This document shows, piece after piece, positions 10,048 to 19,120 of a DNA stretch of 64,000 nucleotides. Under the pieces are notes generated by a model. The model saw only the letters and a program-made list of their open reading frames with translations. It was not told where the DNA came from and did no database searches. The stretch spans positions 128,001-192,000 of the forward strand of contig CAVQFQ010000010.1 of NCBI GenBank assembly GCA_963711835.1. Direction: 5' to 3'. How positions within the stretch are numbered: the stretch's first letter is position 1; the number at the start of each line of letters is the position of its first letter. The position numbers and the translations under genes were made by a program. Source of the DNA: an uncultured delta proteobacterium. Lineage in GTDB: Bacteria > Desulfobacterota > RBG-13-43-22.

Positions 10048-11610
10048 ATGGCGACTGATCCCCATCCCCGGTCAACCGTTTTTGTCATTCTGGGTATAGG
10101 CGGAGATCTGGCCTGGCGCAAGCTGATCCCGGCCCTCTATGACCTCTTTCTGGAAAACCGGCTGCCCGAAAAATACCTGATCATCGGCCTGGGCCATAAA
10201 TCCCTGGAGGACGAGGCCTTTAGCGAACACCTGCGCCAGGGTGTGAAGCAATTCTCCCGGCACAAAGAAACGGACGGCCAGGGCTGGAAGACCTTTCTCT
10301 CCCATTTCATCGTCCAAAACGCCGACTTCGGGGACCCTCAGGTCTATGCCCAATTGGCCAGGCAGCTTTCCGGCCTGGATAAGGAATGGGAGACCAAGGC
10401 CATCCGAATTTTTTATCTGGCCGTGCCGCCCAAAGCCATTGCAACCATTGTGGAACAGATCGGCAGGGCCCGGATCGCCAGGGAACGGGAACGGACTCGG
10501 GTTGTAATCGAAAAACCCTTCGGCCATGATCTGGCTTCGGCCAGATCACTCAATAAAATCCTAAATCAGGTCTTCGAGGAATCCCAGATTTATCGGATTG
10601 ATCACTACCTGGGAAAGGAAACCGTCCAGAATATCCTGGCCTTCCGTTTTGCCAACGCCCTCTTTGAACCGGTCTGGAACCGGCGTTACATCGATCACGT
10701 ACAGATTACCGTGGCCGAGCAGGTCGGCGTGGAACACCGCGGCCATTACTATGACCAGGCCGGGGCCCTGCGGGACATGATTCAGAATCACCTCATTCAG
10801 ATCCTGTGTTTGATCGCCATGGAGCCGATGATCTCTTTTGAAGACAACGAGATCCGAAACAAAAAAGTGGATGTCCTCCACGCCATCCGCCTGATCCCGG
10901 CGGATGAAATCCATAAGGTTGTGGTTCGAGGCCAATACGATGCCGGATGGATCGAAGGAGAACACGCCCCGGCCTATCGCAGCGAAGTGAATGTTTCCCC
11001 CGAATCCTCCACCGAGACCTACGCGGCCGTCAAACTCTTCCTGGACAACTGGCGCTGGCAGGATGTACCTTTTTATCTGCGTACCGGAAAACGGCTGCCG
11101 GCCAAGGTTTCCGAAATCAATATCCAGTTTCGGCCGGTTCCCCATCAGATCTTCCCCTCCTCGACGGTTTTGGATTGGAGGCCCAACCGCCTGCTCATTT
11201 CCATCCAACCTCTGGAGGGAATTTTGCTTCGCTTCCAGGCCAAACACCCCGGGGAGACGATGCGCTTAAGCCCGGCGGATATCCAGTTCTATTACCAGGA
11301 GGCCTTTAAGGTCCCCCTGCCCGAGGCCTACGAAACCCTGCTTCTGGATATGATGCTGGGGAATGCCGCCCTCTTCATGCGCGCCGATGAGGCGGAGGCG
11401 GCCTGGGCCGCCATTTCTCCGATCATGGAAGCCTGGGAAGCGGTCGTCCCGGCCAATTTTCCCAATTACCAGGCCGGCACCTGGGGCCCGGAGGCGGCTG
11501 AATATTTGATAGCCCGGGACGGGCGGAGTTGGATCATGCCCAGCCTGCGCCGCTACCAAGAAGTCCTGCTCCGCTGCCAGGTCCCGGAGGGAAAACGCCC
11601 GGAGATTTAA
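10048..11610 (+). CDS. zwf: Glucose-6-phosphate 1-dehydrogenase
   Basis: [34 protein letters not shown]; RBS GAGGAG before ATG 10048. Confidence 0.95.
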   Translation: MATDPHPRSTVFVILGIGGDLAWRKLIPALYDLFLENRLPEKYLIIGLGHKSLEDEAFSEHLRQGVKQFSRHKETDGQGWKTFLSHFIVQNADFGDPQVYAQLARQLSGLDKEWETKAIRIFYLAVPPKAIATIVEQIGRARIARERERTRVVIEKPFGHDLASARSLNKILNQVFEESQIYRIDHYLGKETVQNILAFRFANALFEPVWNRRYIDHVQITVAEQVGVEHRGHYYDQAGALRDMIQNHLIQILCLIAMEPMISFEDNEIRNKKVDVLHAIRLIPADEIHKVVVRGQYDAGWIEGEHAPAYRSEVNVSPESSTETYAAVKLFLDNWRWQDVPFYLRTGKRLPAKVSEINIQFRPVPHQIFPSSTVLDWRPNRLLISIQPLEGILLRFQAKHPGETMRLSPADIQFYYQEAFKVPLPEAYETLLLDMMLGNAALFMRADEAEAAWAAISPIMEAWEAVVPANFPNYQAGTWGPEAAEYLIARDGRSWIMPSLRRYQEVLLRCQVPEGKRPEI

Positions 11611-11647
11611 GCGGCCGAGGCGACTCGATAAAAGGAGGAGGGGATCT

Positions 11648-13480
11648 ATGGAGCTCATAGAAAAATTAGAGAAGATAGCCAGGCTGATCCGTTACTACTC
11701 CCTGGTTTCGACTACGACAGCCGGCTCCGGTCATCCCACTTCCTCCCTGTCGGCCGCAGATCTGATGACCGCATTACTTTTTGGCGGCATTTTTCGTTAT
11801 GATCCGGATCACCCGGATTTTCCCAACAACGACCGCCTCCTCTTCTCCAAAGGTCATGCCTCCCCTCTCTTTTATGCCCTTTGGGCGGCCGGCGGAGAAG
11901 TGAGCCAAGAGGAGATGATGTCCTTGAGAAAATTCGGCAGTCCTCTGGAGGGTCATCCGACGGCGGCCTTTCGCTACACCGAGGCGGCCACCGGCTCCCT
12001 GGGACAAGGGCTCCCCATTGGACTGGGGATGGCCCTCAATGCCAAATATCTGGATCGGCTTCCCTACCGGACCTATATCCTTCTGGGAGACAGCGAGATG
12101 GCCGAAGGCTCCCAGTGGGAGGCCATGGAGATCGCCGCCCATTATAAATTGAACAACCTGATCGGGGTGATTGATGTTAATCGACTCGGCCAACGCGGAG
12201 AAACCCTCTTCGGCCACGATCTGAAGGCCTACCAAAAACGGGTTAATGCCTTCGGCTGGAAGACCATCCTGATTGACGGCCATGACTTTGAACAAATCCT
12301 GACGGCCTATCAAAAAGCCCTGGCTTCAAAAAACAGGCCGGTCATGATCATCGCCAGGACCATCAAAGGCAAGGGCGTCCCTTTTATTGAGGATAAAAAC
12401 GGCTGGCATGGGAAGGCCCTTAATCAGGAAGAACTCAAGCGGGCGCTTTCCGGGCTGGGAGAGGTGGATAAGACCATCCGAGGGGAATTCGCCAAACCGG
12501 AAGCGCGGTGGCCGGAGAAACGGGCTGTCGGGAAAAGGGAAGAACCCTTTTACGAAGCGGGCAAGCCGGTGGCCACCCGGAAGGCTTACGGCCAGGCCCT
12601 GAAAAGGATCTTTCCCCAGTATCCGGAAATGGCCGTGCTCGATGCCGAGGTGAGCAATTCAACCTATTCCGAGATCTTTCAACAGGCCTATCCCGACCGG
12701 TTCTTTGAGATGTATATCGCCGAACAGAACATGGTCGGTACGGCCCTGGGCCTTTCCAGCCGGGGGAAAATCCCCTTCGTGTCCACTTTTGCCGCCTTCT
12801 TCAGCCGGGCCTTTGACCAGATCCGGATGAGCCAGTATTCAGCCGCGAATATCAAATTTTGCGGTTCCCATGCCGGGGTTTCGATCGGGGAGGACGGCCC
12901 TTCGCAAATGGGACTGGAAGATATCGCCCAATTTCGGACCGTTTCAGGCTGCGCCGTCCTGTATCCCTCCGACGCCTACTCGACCGAACGGCTGGTGGAA
13001 GAGGCCGCCGCCAACCAGGGGATGGTTTATCTCCGGACCACCCGGATGGCCACCCCGATCCTCTATTCCCCGGAAGACCGTTTTTTTATCGGCGGATCGA
13101 AGGTCTTGAGGGAATCGGCCCGGGATGCCCTTACCGTCGTGGCCGCTGGCATCACCCTTTTCGAAGCCCTTCAGGCCTATGAGGATTTGAAAGCCGAGGG
13201 CCTTTACCTGCGCATCATCGACCTCTACAGCATCAAACCGCTGGATGAGACCACCCTGAAACAGGCGGCCGGAGAAACCCGGGTGCTGATAACCGTGGAG
13301 GACCATCATCCGGAAGGCGGGCTGGGAGAGGCGGTCCGGAGCGCCCTGGCCGGACTAGCGGTTCCCATTTATTCCCTGGCGGTACGAAGAATCCCGGGAA
13401 GCGGAAAGCCGGTGGAGCTTCTGGCCTACGAAGAAATTTCCAAGGGCGCGATCATCAAAAAGGTTAAGGAGGTGTTATGA
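11648..13480 (+). CDS. tkt: Transketolase (single chain, 610 aa)
   Basis: SGHPTSS, SKGHA, TGSLGQG, GDSEMAEG ThDP motif, IAEQNM, GEDGPSQM. Confidence 0.93.
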   Translation: MELIEKLEKIARLIRYYSLVSTTTAGSGHPTSSLSAADLMTALLFGGIFRYDPDHPDFPNNDRLLFSKGHASPLFYALWAAGGEVSQEEMMSLRKFGSPLEGHPTAAFRYTEAATGSLGQGLPIGLGMALNAKYLDRLPYRTYILLGDSEMAEGSQWEAMEIAAHYKLNNLIGVIDVNRLGQRGETLFGHDLKAYQKRVNAFGWKTILIDGHDFEQILTAYQKALASKNRPVMIIARTIKGKGVPFIEDKNGWHGKALNQEELKRALSGLGEVDKTIRGEFAKPEARWPEKRAVGKREEPFYEAGKPVATRKAYGQALKRIFPQYPEMAVLDAEVSNSTYSEIFQQAYPDRFFEMYIAEQNMVGTALGLSSRGKIPFVSTFAAFFSRAFDQIRMSQYSAANIKFCGSHAGVSIGEDGPSQMGLEDIAQFRTVSGCAVLYPSDAYSTERLVEEAAANQGMVYLRTTRMATPILYSPEDRFFIGGSKVLRESARDALTVVAAGITLFEALQAYEDLKAEGLYLRIIDLYSIKPLDETTLKQAAGETRVLITVEDHHPEGGLGEAVRSALAGLAVPIYSLAVRRIPGSGKPVELLAYEEISKGAIIKKVKEVL

Positions 13481-14340
13481 AACCGGAAAACCTCAAGACC
13501 CGGATTTTCCTCGATGGCGGAAACCCGGAAGAGACCAGGGAGATAATCAGCCGCCTGGGGTTTCTCGACGGCCAGACCACCAATCCCACCCTCATTTCCA
13601 AGAACCCTGAAGTCCGCCGGCGCTTGGAGAAGGGAGGCAAATTTAGCGAAGAGGAGGTCACTCATTTCTACCGGCAGGTGGTCGAAGAGATTTCCAGGCT
13701 GATTCCCCAGGGGTCCATATCCATTGAAGTCTATGCCGACCCGACCACCACGGCGGAAAGAATGTTGGAGCAGGGCCAGGAAATGTTTTTCTGGATCCCC
13801 AATGGCCACATCAAATTTCCCTCCTCCTGGGAAGGATTGACTGCCGCCGAACTGGCCGTCCGAAAAGGGCTGCGGGTCAATATGACCCTCTGCTTCTCCC
13901 AGGAGCAGGCAGCGGCCGTTTACGCCGCCACCAGGGGGGCCAAAAAGGGGGAGGTCTTTGTCTCGCCCTTCATCGGCCGTTTGGATGATCGGGGAGAAAA
14001 TGGAATGGACCTGATCGCCCATATCCTCCGGATGTATGGGAAAGGGGACGGCCATGTGGAAGTCCTGACCGCCAGTGTCAGAAACATGGATCATCTGCTT
14101 TATGCCTTGAAGCTGGGATCGGATATCATCACCGCACCCGCGGCCATCTTGAAGCAATGGGGGGAACAGGGCCTCCCCCTTCCCGATGCGGAGTATGGCT
14201 ACGCTTCGCGGGGCTTAAAAGCGATCCCTTATCGGGAGATCGACCTCAACAAAAAATGGCAGGAATTTGACCCTACCCACGAGTTGACGATCCAGGGTAT
14301 GGAAGGATTTTCCAAGGACTGGAATGCCTTGATACAATAG
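13477..14340 (+). CDS. tal: Transaldolase-family protein
   Basis: FLD, TTNPTL, IKFP (Schiff-base Lys), VNMTLCFS, SPFIGRLDD, ASVR; ATGA overlap with tkt. Confidence 0.88.
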   Translation: MKPENLKTRIFLDGGNPEETREIISRLGFLDGQTTNPTLISKNPEVRRRLEKGGKFSEEEVTHFYRQVVEEISRLIPQGSISIEVYADPTTTAERMLEQGQEMFFWIPNGHIKFPSSWEGLTAAELAVRKGLRVNMTLCFSQEQAAAVYAATRGAKKGEVFVSPFIGRLDDRGENGMDLIAHILRMYGKGDGHVEVLTASVRNMDHLLYALKLGSDIITAPAAILKQWGEQGLPLPDAEYGYASRGLKAIPYREIDLNKKWQEFDPTHELTIQGMEGFSKDWNALIQ

Positions 14341-14382
14341 GGTTCGAGGTGCCAAAGGGTCAAGGATTCAAAGGAAAAACTG

Positions 14383-14853
14383 ATGAAAAACGCCGAAGGT
14401 TTACTTGGACCCTCATTGAGAGTCGGCCTGGAGCCCTTCAATGTCAGCGGCAGCTTATCTCCCTGGGAAGCGGGTCTCCCGGCCCTTTTCCTATACGGCC
14501 TGATGATCCTGGTTTTAATGGTCCTCCTTCTTTTCCTTTCTTCCTGGCTCGGAGAAAAGAAAATCACTGCGAATAAAGAGCTGCCCTTTGAATGCGGTAT
14601 TATTCCGACCGGACCGGCGCAGATCAACTATCCCGTTCCTTTTTACCGGGCGGCTGTTTTTTTCCTTATTTTCGACGTAGAGGTGGTCTTCATCTTTGCC
14701 TGGGCCGTGGCCATCCTGGAGTTGGGATGGTCCGGTTGGCTCCAGATTTCTTTTTTCATTGTGCTCCTGCTGGCCGGCCTTTTTTATATCTGGAAGAAAC
14801 AGGGATTGGAGTGGGTACAAGGTCTTGAAAACCTTCGATCAGCTCAAAAATAA
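14383..14853 (+). CDS. nuoA: NADH-quinone oxidoreductase subunit A
   Basis: PFECG loop, FLIFDVE, three TM helices. Confidence 0.92.
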   Translation: MKNAEGLLGPSLRVGLEPFNVSGSLSPWEAGLPALFLYGLMILVLMVLLLFLSSWLGEKKITANKELPFECGIIPTGPAQINYPVPFYRAAVFFLIFDVEVVFIFAWAVAILELGWSGWLQISFFIVLLLAGLFYIWKKQGLEWVQGLENLRSAQK

Positions 14854-17282
14854 GGCCCTGGACCGAATGGACCTGCTGGTCAACTGGTCGCGGAAGTACA
14901 GCCTCTGGCCCGCCTTTTTCGGACTATCCTGCTGCTTTATCGAAGAGTCGACGGCCCTGACCCCCCGCTATGATATGGCCCGTTTTGGGGCCGAGGTCCT
15001 GCGCGGTTCGCCCCGCCAGTCCGATCTCCTGATCACCTCGGGAACCATTTTTAAGAAAGTGGCCCCGGCCATTTTGCGGTTTTATGAACAGATGGCCGAG
15101 CCCAAGTGGGTCATCTCCATGGGCTCCTGCAGCAACTGCGGCGGGATGTATGACGGCTACAGTGTGGTCCAGGGCATTGATCAGATCTTGCCCGTAGATG
15201 TCTATATCCCGGGCTGTCCGCCGCGGCCCGAGGCCATGCTGGAGGGCTTGATTCTGCTTCAGAAAAAGATCGCATCGGAAAAGCCAAGCCGTTCCATCCT
15301 CCACCTACCCGGCGGCAGTCAAGGATCCCAAAAACCCCTTTTGGTTGACGGCCTGACCAAATCCAGGGATACCCGAGGTCCGGGCTATGAAGGCCTTCCC
15401 TTCCGAGGCACCTCCGTCACCCCCCCTCGATTTTGGGATAGCCGTTCCGACTTGATGTGGACGCCGCCGCCCCGCAGGATTGAACTGACGGCCCGGGACC
15501 GCTCCCTGGCCTCGGTGCTTAAGGAAAAGTTCGGCGAGGCCCTCAGTCAACCCCCCCAAACCTCAGATATGGTAACCTTTGAGGTAGCCGAGGGCCGGAT
15601 TAAAGAGGTCCTCCGTTTCCTGAAGACCGAATCCATCCCCAGATTCCTGCGCCTGGATGATCTGACCGCGGTGGATGAATCGGCCCGTCGGGGCAAGGGA
15701 AATTATGAGATCTATGATGGTACGGTGGGGAAAGAAATAGTCCGGGATAAGCCCCCCAGCCCGGATCTGCAAAAATACTCCGCGTATACTCTGGTCTATC
15801 ATTTACTTTCCTTCGAACCGGCCGGGCGCCTTCGTCTGAAGGTTCCTTTAACTGATAAAAACCCGGTAACCCCAACCATCACCGATATCTGGCCCTCGGC
15901 CAACTGGTACGAGCGGGAAGTCTTTGACCTCTTTGGGATCCGCTTTCAAGGACATCCGGATCTGCGCCGGATCCTCCTCCCCCACGACTGGGAAGGCCAT
16001 CCTTTACGAAAGGATTATCCGGGCCGGGCAACCGAGATGGCTCCCTACACCAAGGCCGAGGCTGAAAAATACCAGCCCCAGGACGCCGGGATCATCGTCC
16101 GGAAGGCCGGAGAAGAGGGCCAGGAAATGGTCTTGAACGTAGGCCCTCATCACCCGGGCTCGCACGGCCTGATCCGTTTTATCCTTTCCCTGGAGGGCGA
16201 AAGGATCTCCGACATCACCATGGACATCGGGTATCACCACCGTTCGGTGGAAAAGATCGGCGAGCACCAGTCCTGGCACCAATTCATTCCCTACACCGAC
16301 CGGGTGGATTATCTTTCCGGCGTTTACAATAACCTGGCCTACCTGAATTCGGTAGAAATCTTGACCGGGATCCAGGTCCCTGAACGGGCGCAATACATCC
16401 GGGTGCTGCTCGGTGAATTTTTCCGCCTGAGTAATCACCTGGTCTGGTTCGGCACCTTTCTGCAGGACCTGGGCGCCATCGGCCCGGTCTTTTACACCTT
16501 TCGGGACCGCGAAAAGATTATGGATATTATCGAGCTCATCACCGGGGGCCGGCTCCATCCCGCTTGGTTCCGAATCGGCGGGGTGGCCGACGACCTGCCC
16601 GAAGGCTGGAAAGAACCGATAGATGAGTTTGTAAAAATGTTTCCCGTCCCGTATCAAGGACTATGAGGCCCTGGCCACCCGGAACCCTATCTTCGAGGCC
16701 CGGACCAGGGGTATCGGGACACTGTCCCTGGAGCAGGCCATGGAATGGGGGGTAACCGGTCCCAACTTGCGGGCCTGCGGTCTCAATTGGGATTTACGTA
16801 AACAATTTCCCTATTCCTCCTATGAGCGGTTTGATTTTGACGTCCCCTATGAAAAGGAAGGGGACTGCTTTGCCCGCTACCGGATACGGGTCGAAGAAAT
16901 GCGCCAGAGCCTTCGGATCATCGAACAGGCCGCAAACAAGATGCCGGCCGGCCGTTATATCACCGACGATTACCGCTATGCCGTTCCCCGGAAAACCGAT
17001 ACCCTGAGGGATATCGAAAGCCTCATTCATCATTTTATTAATGTTACCCGGGGGCCGAAAATCCCCAGGGGCGAGGCCTATGCCGCGGTTGAGGCCCCCC
17101 GCGGAGAACAGGGCTATTATGTGGTCAGTGACGGTCTGCCCAGGGCTTACCGGATGCGGATCCGGGCCCCGGGGTTTGCCAACATCCAGGCTATGCCCCT
17201 GATGGCCCGGGGCGGTCTGGTGGCCGATCTGCTTTCCATTATCGGTTCTCTTGACTATATCATGCCGGATATCGATCGGTAG
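14825..17282 (+). CDS. nuoBCD: Fused NuoB-C-D subunit, interrupted by a single extra base near 16643-16646 (start uncertain; ATG 14867 is an alternative)
   Basis: NuoB GLSCC, SMGSC, PGCPP; Nuo[17 protein letters not shown]; Nuo[20 protein letters not shown]; removing one C joins the frame to ...EAPRGE...DIDR ending 17282. Confidence 0.85.
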
Positions 17283-17293
17283 GAGGTCCAGAG

Positions 17294-17788
17294 GTGTTGT
17301 CTCAAGAAACCTTGGCTGTCCTCCGGCAAAAGATGACCGAGACCGATCATCCCCGTGAACTGGCCGTGGAGGTAATGTTCGCCATGCAGAAAGAGTACGG
17401 CTATCTCAGTGACGAGGCCCTTCAGGAAGGGGCTGGTCTCCTGGGCTTGACCCCCCTGGAATTGGAGGAAATCGCCACCTTCTACGATTTTATCTACCGG
17501 GAGCCGGTAGGAAAATACGTCATCCACGCCTGTGATGGAGTCGTCTGCTGGATGTTTGGGGAGGAATCCGTCGTGGCCTACCTTTGCCGGAAGTTGGGCG
17601 TTCGGGTGGGAGAAATCACCCCCGACGCCCTGTTCACCATACTGCCTTCGGCCTGCATTGGGTACTGTGATCATGCCCCGGCCATGCTGGTTAACGGGGT
17701 GCCTTACGGTCCGCTGACCCCCGATACAATTGATCAGATTCTGGAAAAACTTAAAGCCGGCCAGGAGACCCCGGTCCCGGATCGATAA
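17294..17788 (+). CDS. nuoE: NADH-quinone oxidoreductase subunit E
   Basis: ATFY; CDGVVC...CIGYC [2Fe-2S] motif. Confidence 0.92.
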   Translation: MLSQETLAVLRQKMTETDHPRELAVEVMFAMQKEYGYLSDEALQEGAGLLGLTPLELEEIATFYDFIYREPVGKYVIHACDGVVCWMFGEESVVAYLCRKLGVRVGEITPDALFTILPSACIGYCDHAPAMLVNGVPYGPLTPDTIDQILEKLKAGQETPVPDR

Positions 17789-17793
17789 TCGAT

Positions 17794-19065
17794 ATGTCCG
17801 AACAGGTGCTCCTGAAAAATGATCAACCCGGTCAACCGATCCGATTGGCGGCCTATCGTCAGAGCGGCGGTTATCAGGCCTTAGCGGACGCCCTCGGCAA
17901 GCATACTCCCCAGGAGGTCAAACAGATCGTCCTTAGTTCCGGTCTGCGGGGCCGCGGCGGGGCGGGTTTTCCCACCGGACGCAAATGGTCTCTGGTGGCC
18001 GATGATGCGCTTTTCCCGAGATATATCGTTTCCAACATGGATGAGATGGAGCCCGGGACCTTCAAGGATAGAACCCTGGTATCGGTCAATCCGCATAGCG
18101 TCCTCGAGGGGATGATCATCGCCTCCTATGCGGCTTCCGCGGAAAGAGGCTTTTTCTTTATCCGCCCTGCCTACGAAAGCGTGGCCGGGATATTCGAGAC
18201 GGCCCTGGAGGAGGCCAGGGGAGCGGGCCTTTTAGGCAAGAACATCCTGGGGAGCAACCATTCCTTTCATATCGTTCCCCATCGAAGTGCTGGCCGATAT
18301 ATTTGCGGAGAGACCAAAGGCCTTATTCATGCCCTGGAAGGAAAAAGACCTCATCCCAATATAGAAGGACACCTCACCTCGGAAGGACTTTGGGGCCGGC
18401 CCACCTTGGTCAACAATGCCGAAACCCTGGCCTACGTGCCCTATATCCTGAAGAACGGCCCCGAGTGGTTTCGAAACCTGGCCCGGACCAAGACCGCCGC
18501 CGGCAACAAGATCTACACCGTCAGCGGCCGGGTCACCCATCCCGGTTGTTTTGAACTGCCCTTCGGGACCCCTTTATCTGAAATCATCGAAGAACAGGCC
18601 GGAGGAATGCAACCCGGATATGAATACAAAACCTGCTTGCCGGGGGGGGCCTCGACCCGGTATGTGCCTAAAGAATTTTACGATATTGAGATGGATTTTG
18701 ATTCGTTTAAAAAAATGGGTCCGGGCCATCGCTTGGGAACCGGGGCCATTGTGGTCTTCGATCATAAAACCTGCCTGGTGGGGGCCACCTTGAACCTGAT
18801 ACAATTTTTTGCCCGGGAATCCTGCGGCTTTTGTACCCCCTGCCGCGAAGGACTGCCCTACTTAGAGGATCTGCTCCGGCGCCTTGAAGAAGGAGAGGGA
18901 AAGGAAGAATTTATCCCCAGCCTGCTGCGGATGAGCGAACACCTGTCCAAGTCTTACTGTGCCTTTGCCCCCGGGGCGGCAACGCCGGTCAGGGGGCTGG
19001 TGGATGACTTTGTCGAGGAAATTCACGAACACATTTCCCAAAAGAAGTGCCCCTTTAAAACGTAA
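17794..19065 (+). CDS. nuoF: NAD(P)H-quinone oxidoreductase subunit F (FMN, cluster N3)
   Basis: GRGGAGFPTG, DEMEPGTFKDR, ESCGFCTPCREG...C. Confidence 0.93.
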   Translation: MSEQVLLKNDQPGQPIRLAAYRQSGGYQALADALGKHTPQEVKQIVLSSGLRGRGGAGFPTGRKWSLVADDALFPRYIVSNMDEMEPGTFKDRTLVSVNPHSVLEGMIIASYAASAERGFFFIRPAYESVAGIFETALEEARGAGLLGKNILGSNHSFHIVPHRSAGRYICGETKGLIHALEGKRPHPNIEGHLTSEGLWGRPTLVNNAETLAYVPYILKNGPEWFRNLARTKTAAGNKIYTVSGRVTHPGCFELPFGTPLSEIIEEQAGGMQPGYEYKTCLPGGASTRYVPKEFYDIEMDFDSFKKMGPGHRLGTGAIVVFDHKTCLVGATLNLIQFFARESCGFCTPCREGLPYLEDLLRRLEEGEGKEEFIPSLLRMSEHLSKSYCAFAPGAATPVRGLVDDFVEEIHEHISQKKCPFKT

Positions 19066-19120
19066 AGGGTAACAGGCCTTTAATCCTGATCCACTAAAGG
19101 CTTTCAGGTAATCAACGGAA

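Noticed and set aside
14696-14824. N-terminal extension of nuoB in the ORF track
   Set aside because: Lies within nuoA and does not resemble NuoB; the real start is probably 14825 or 14867.
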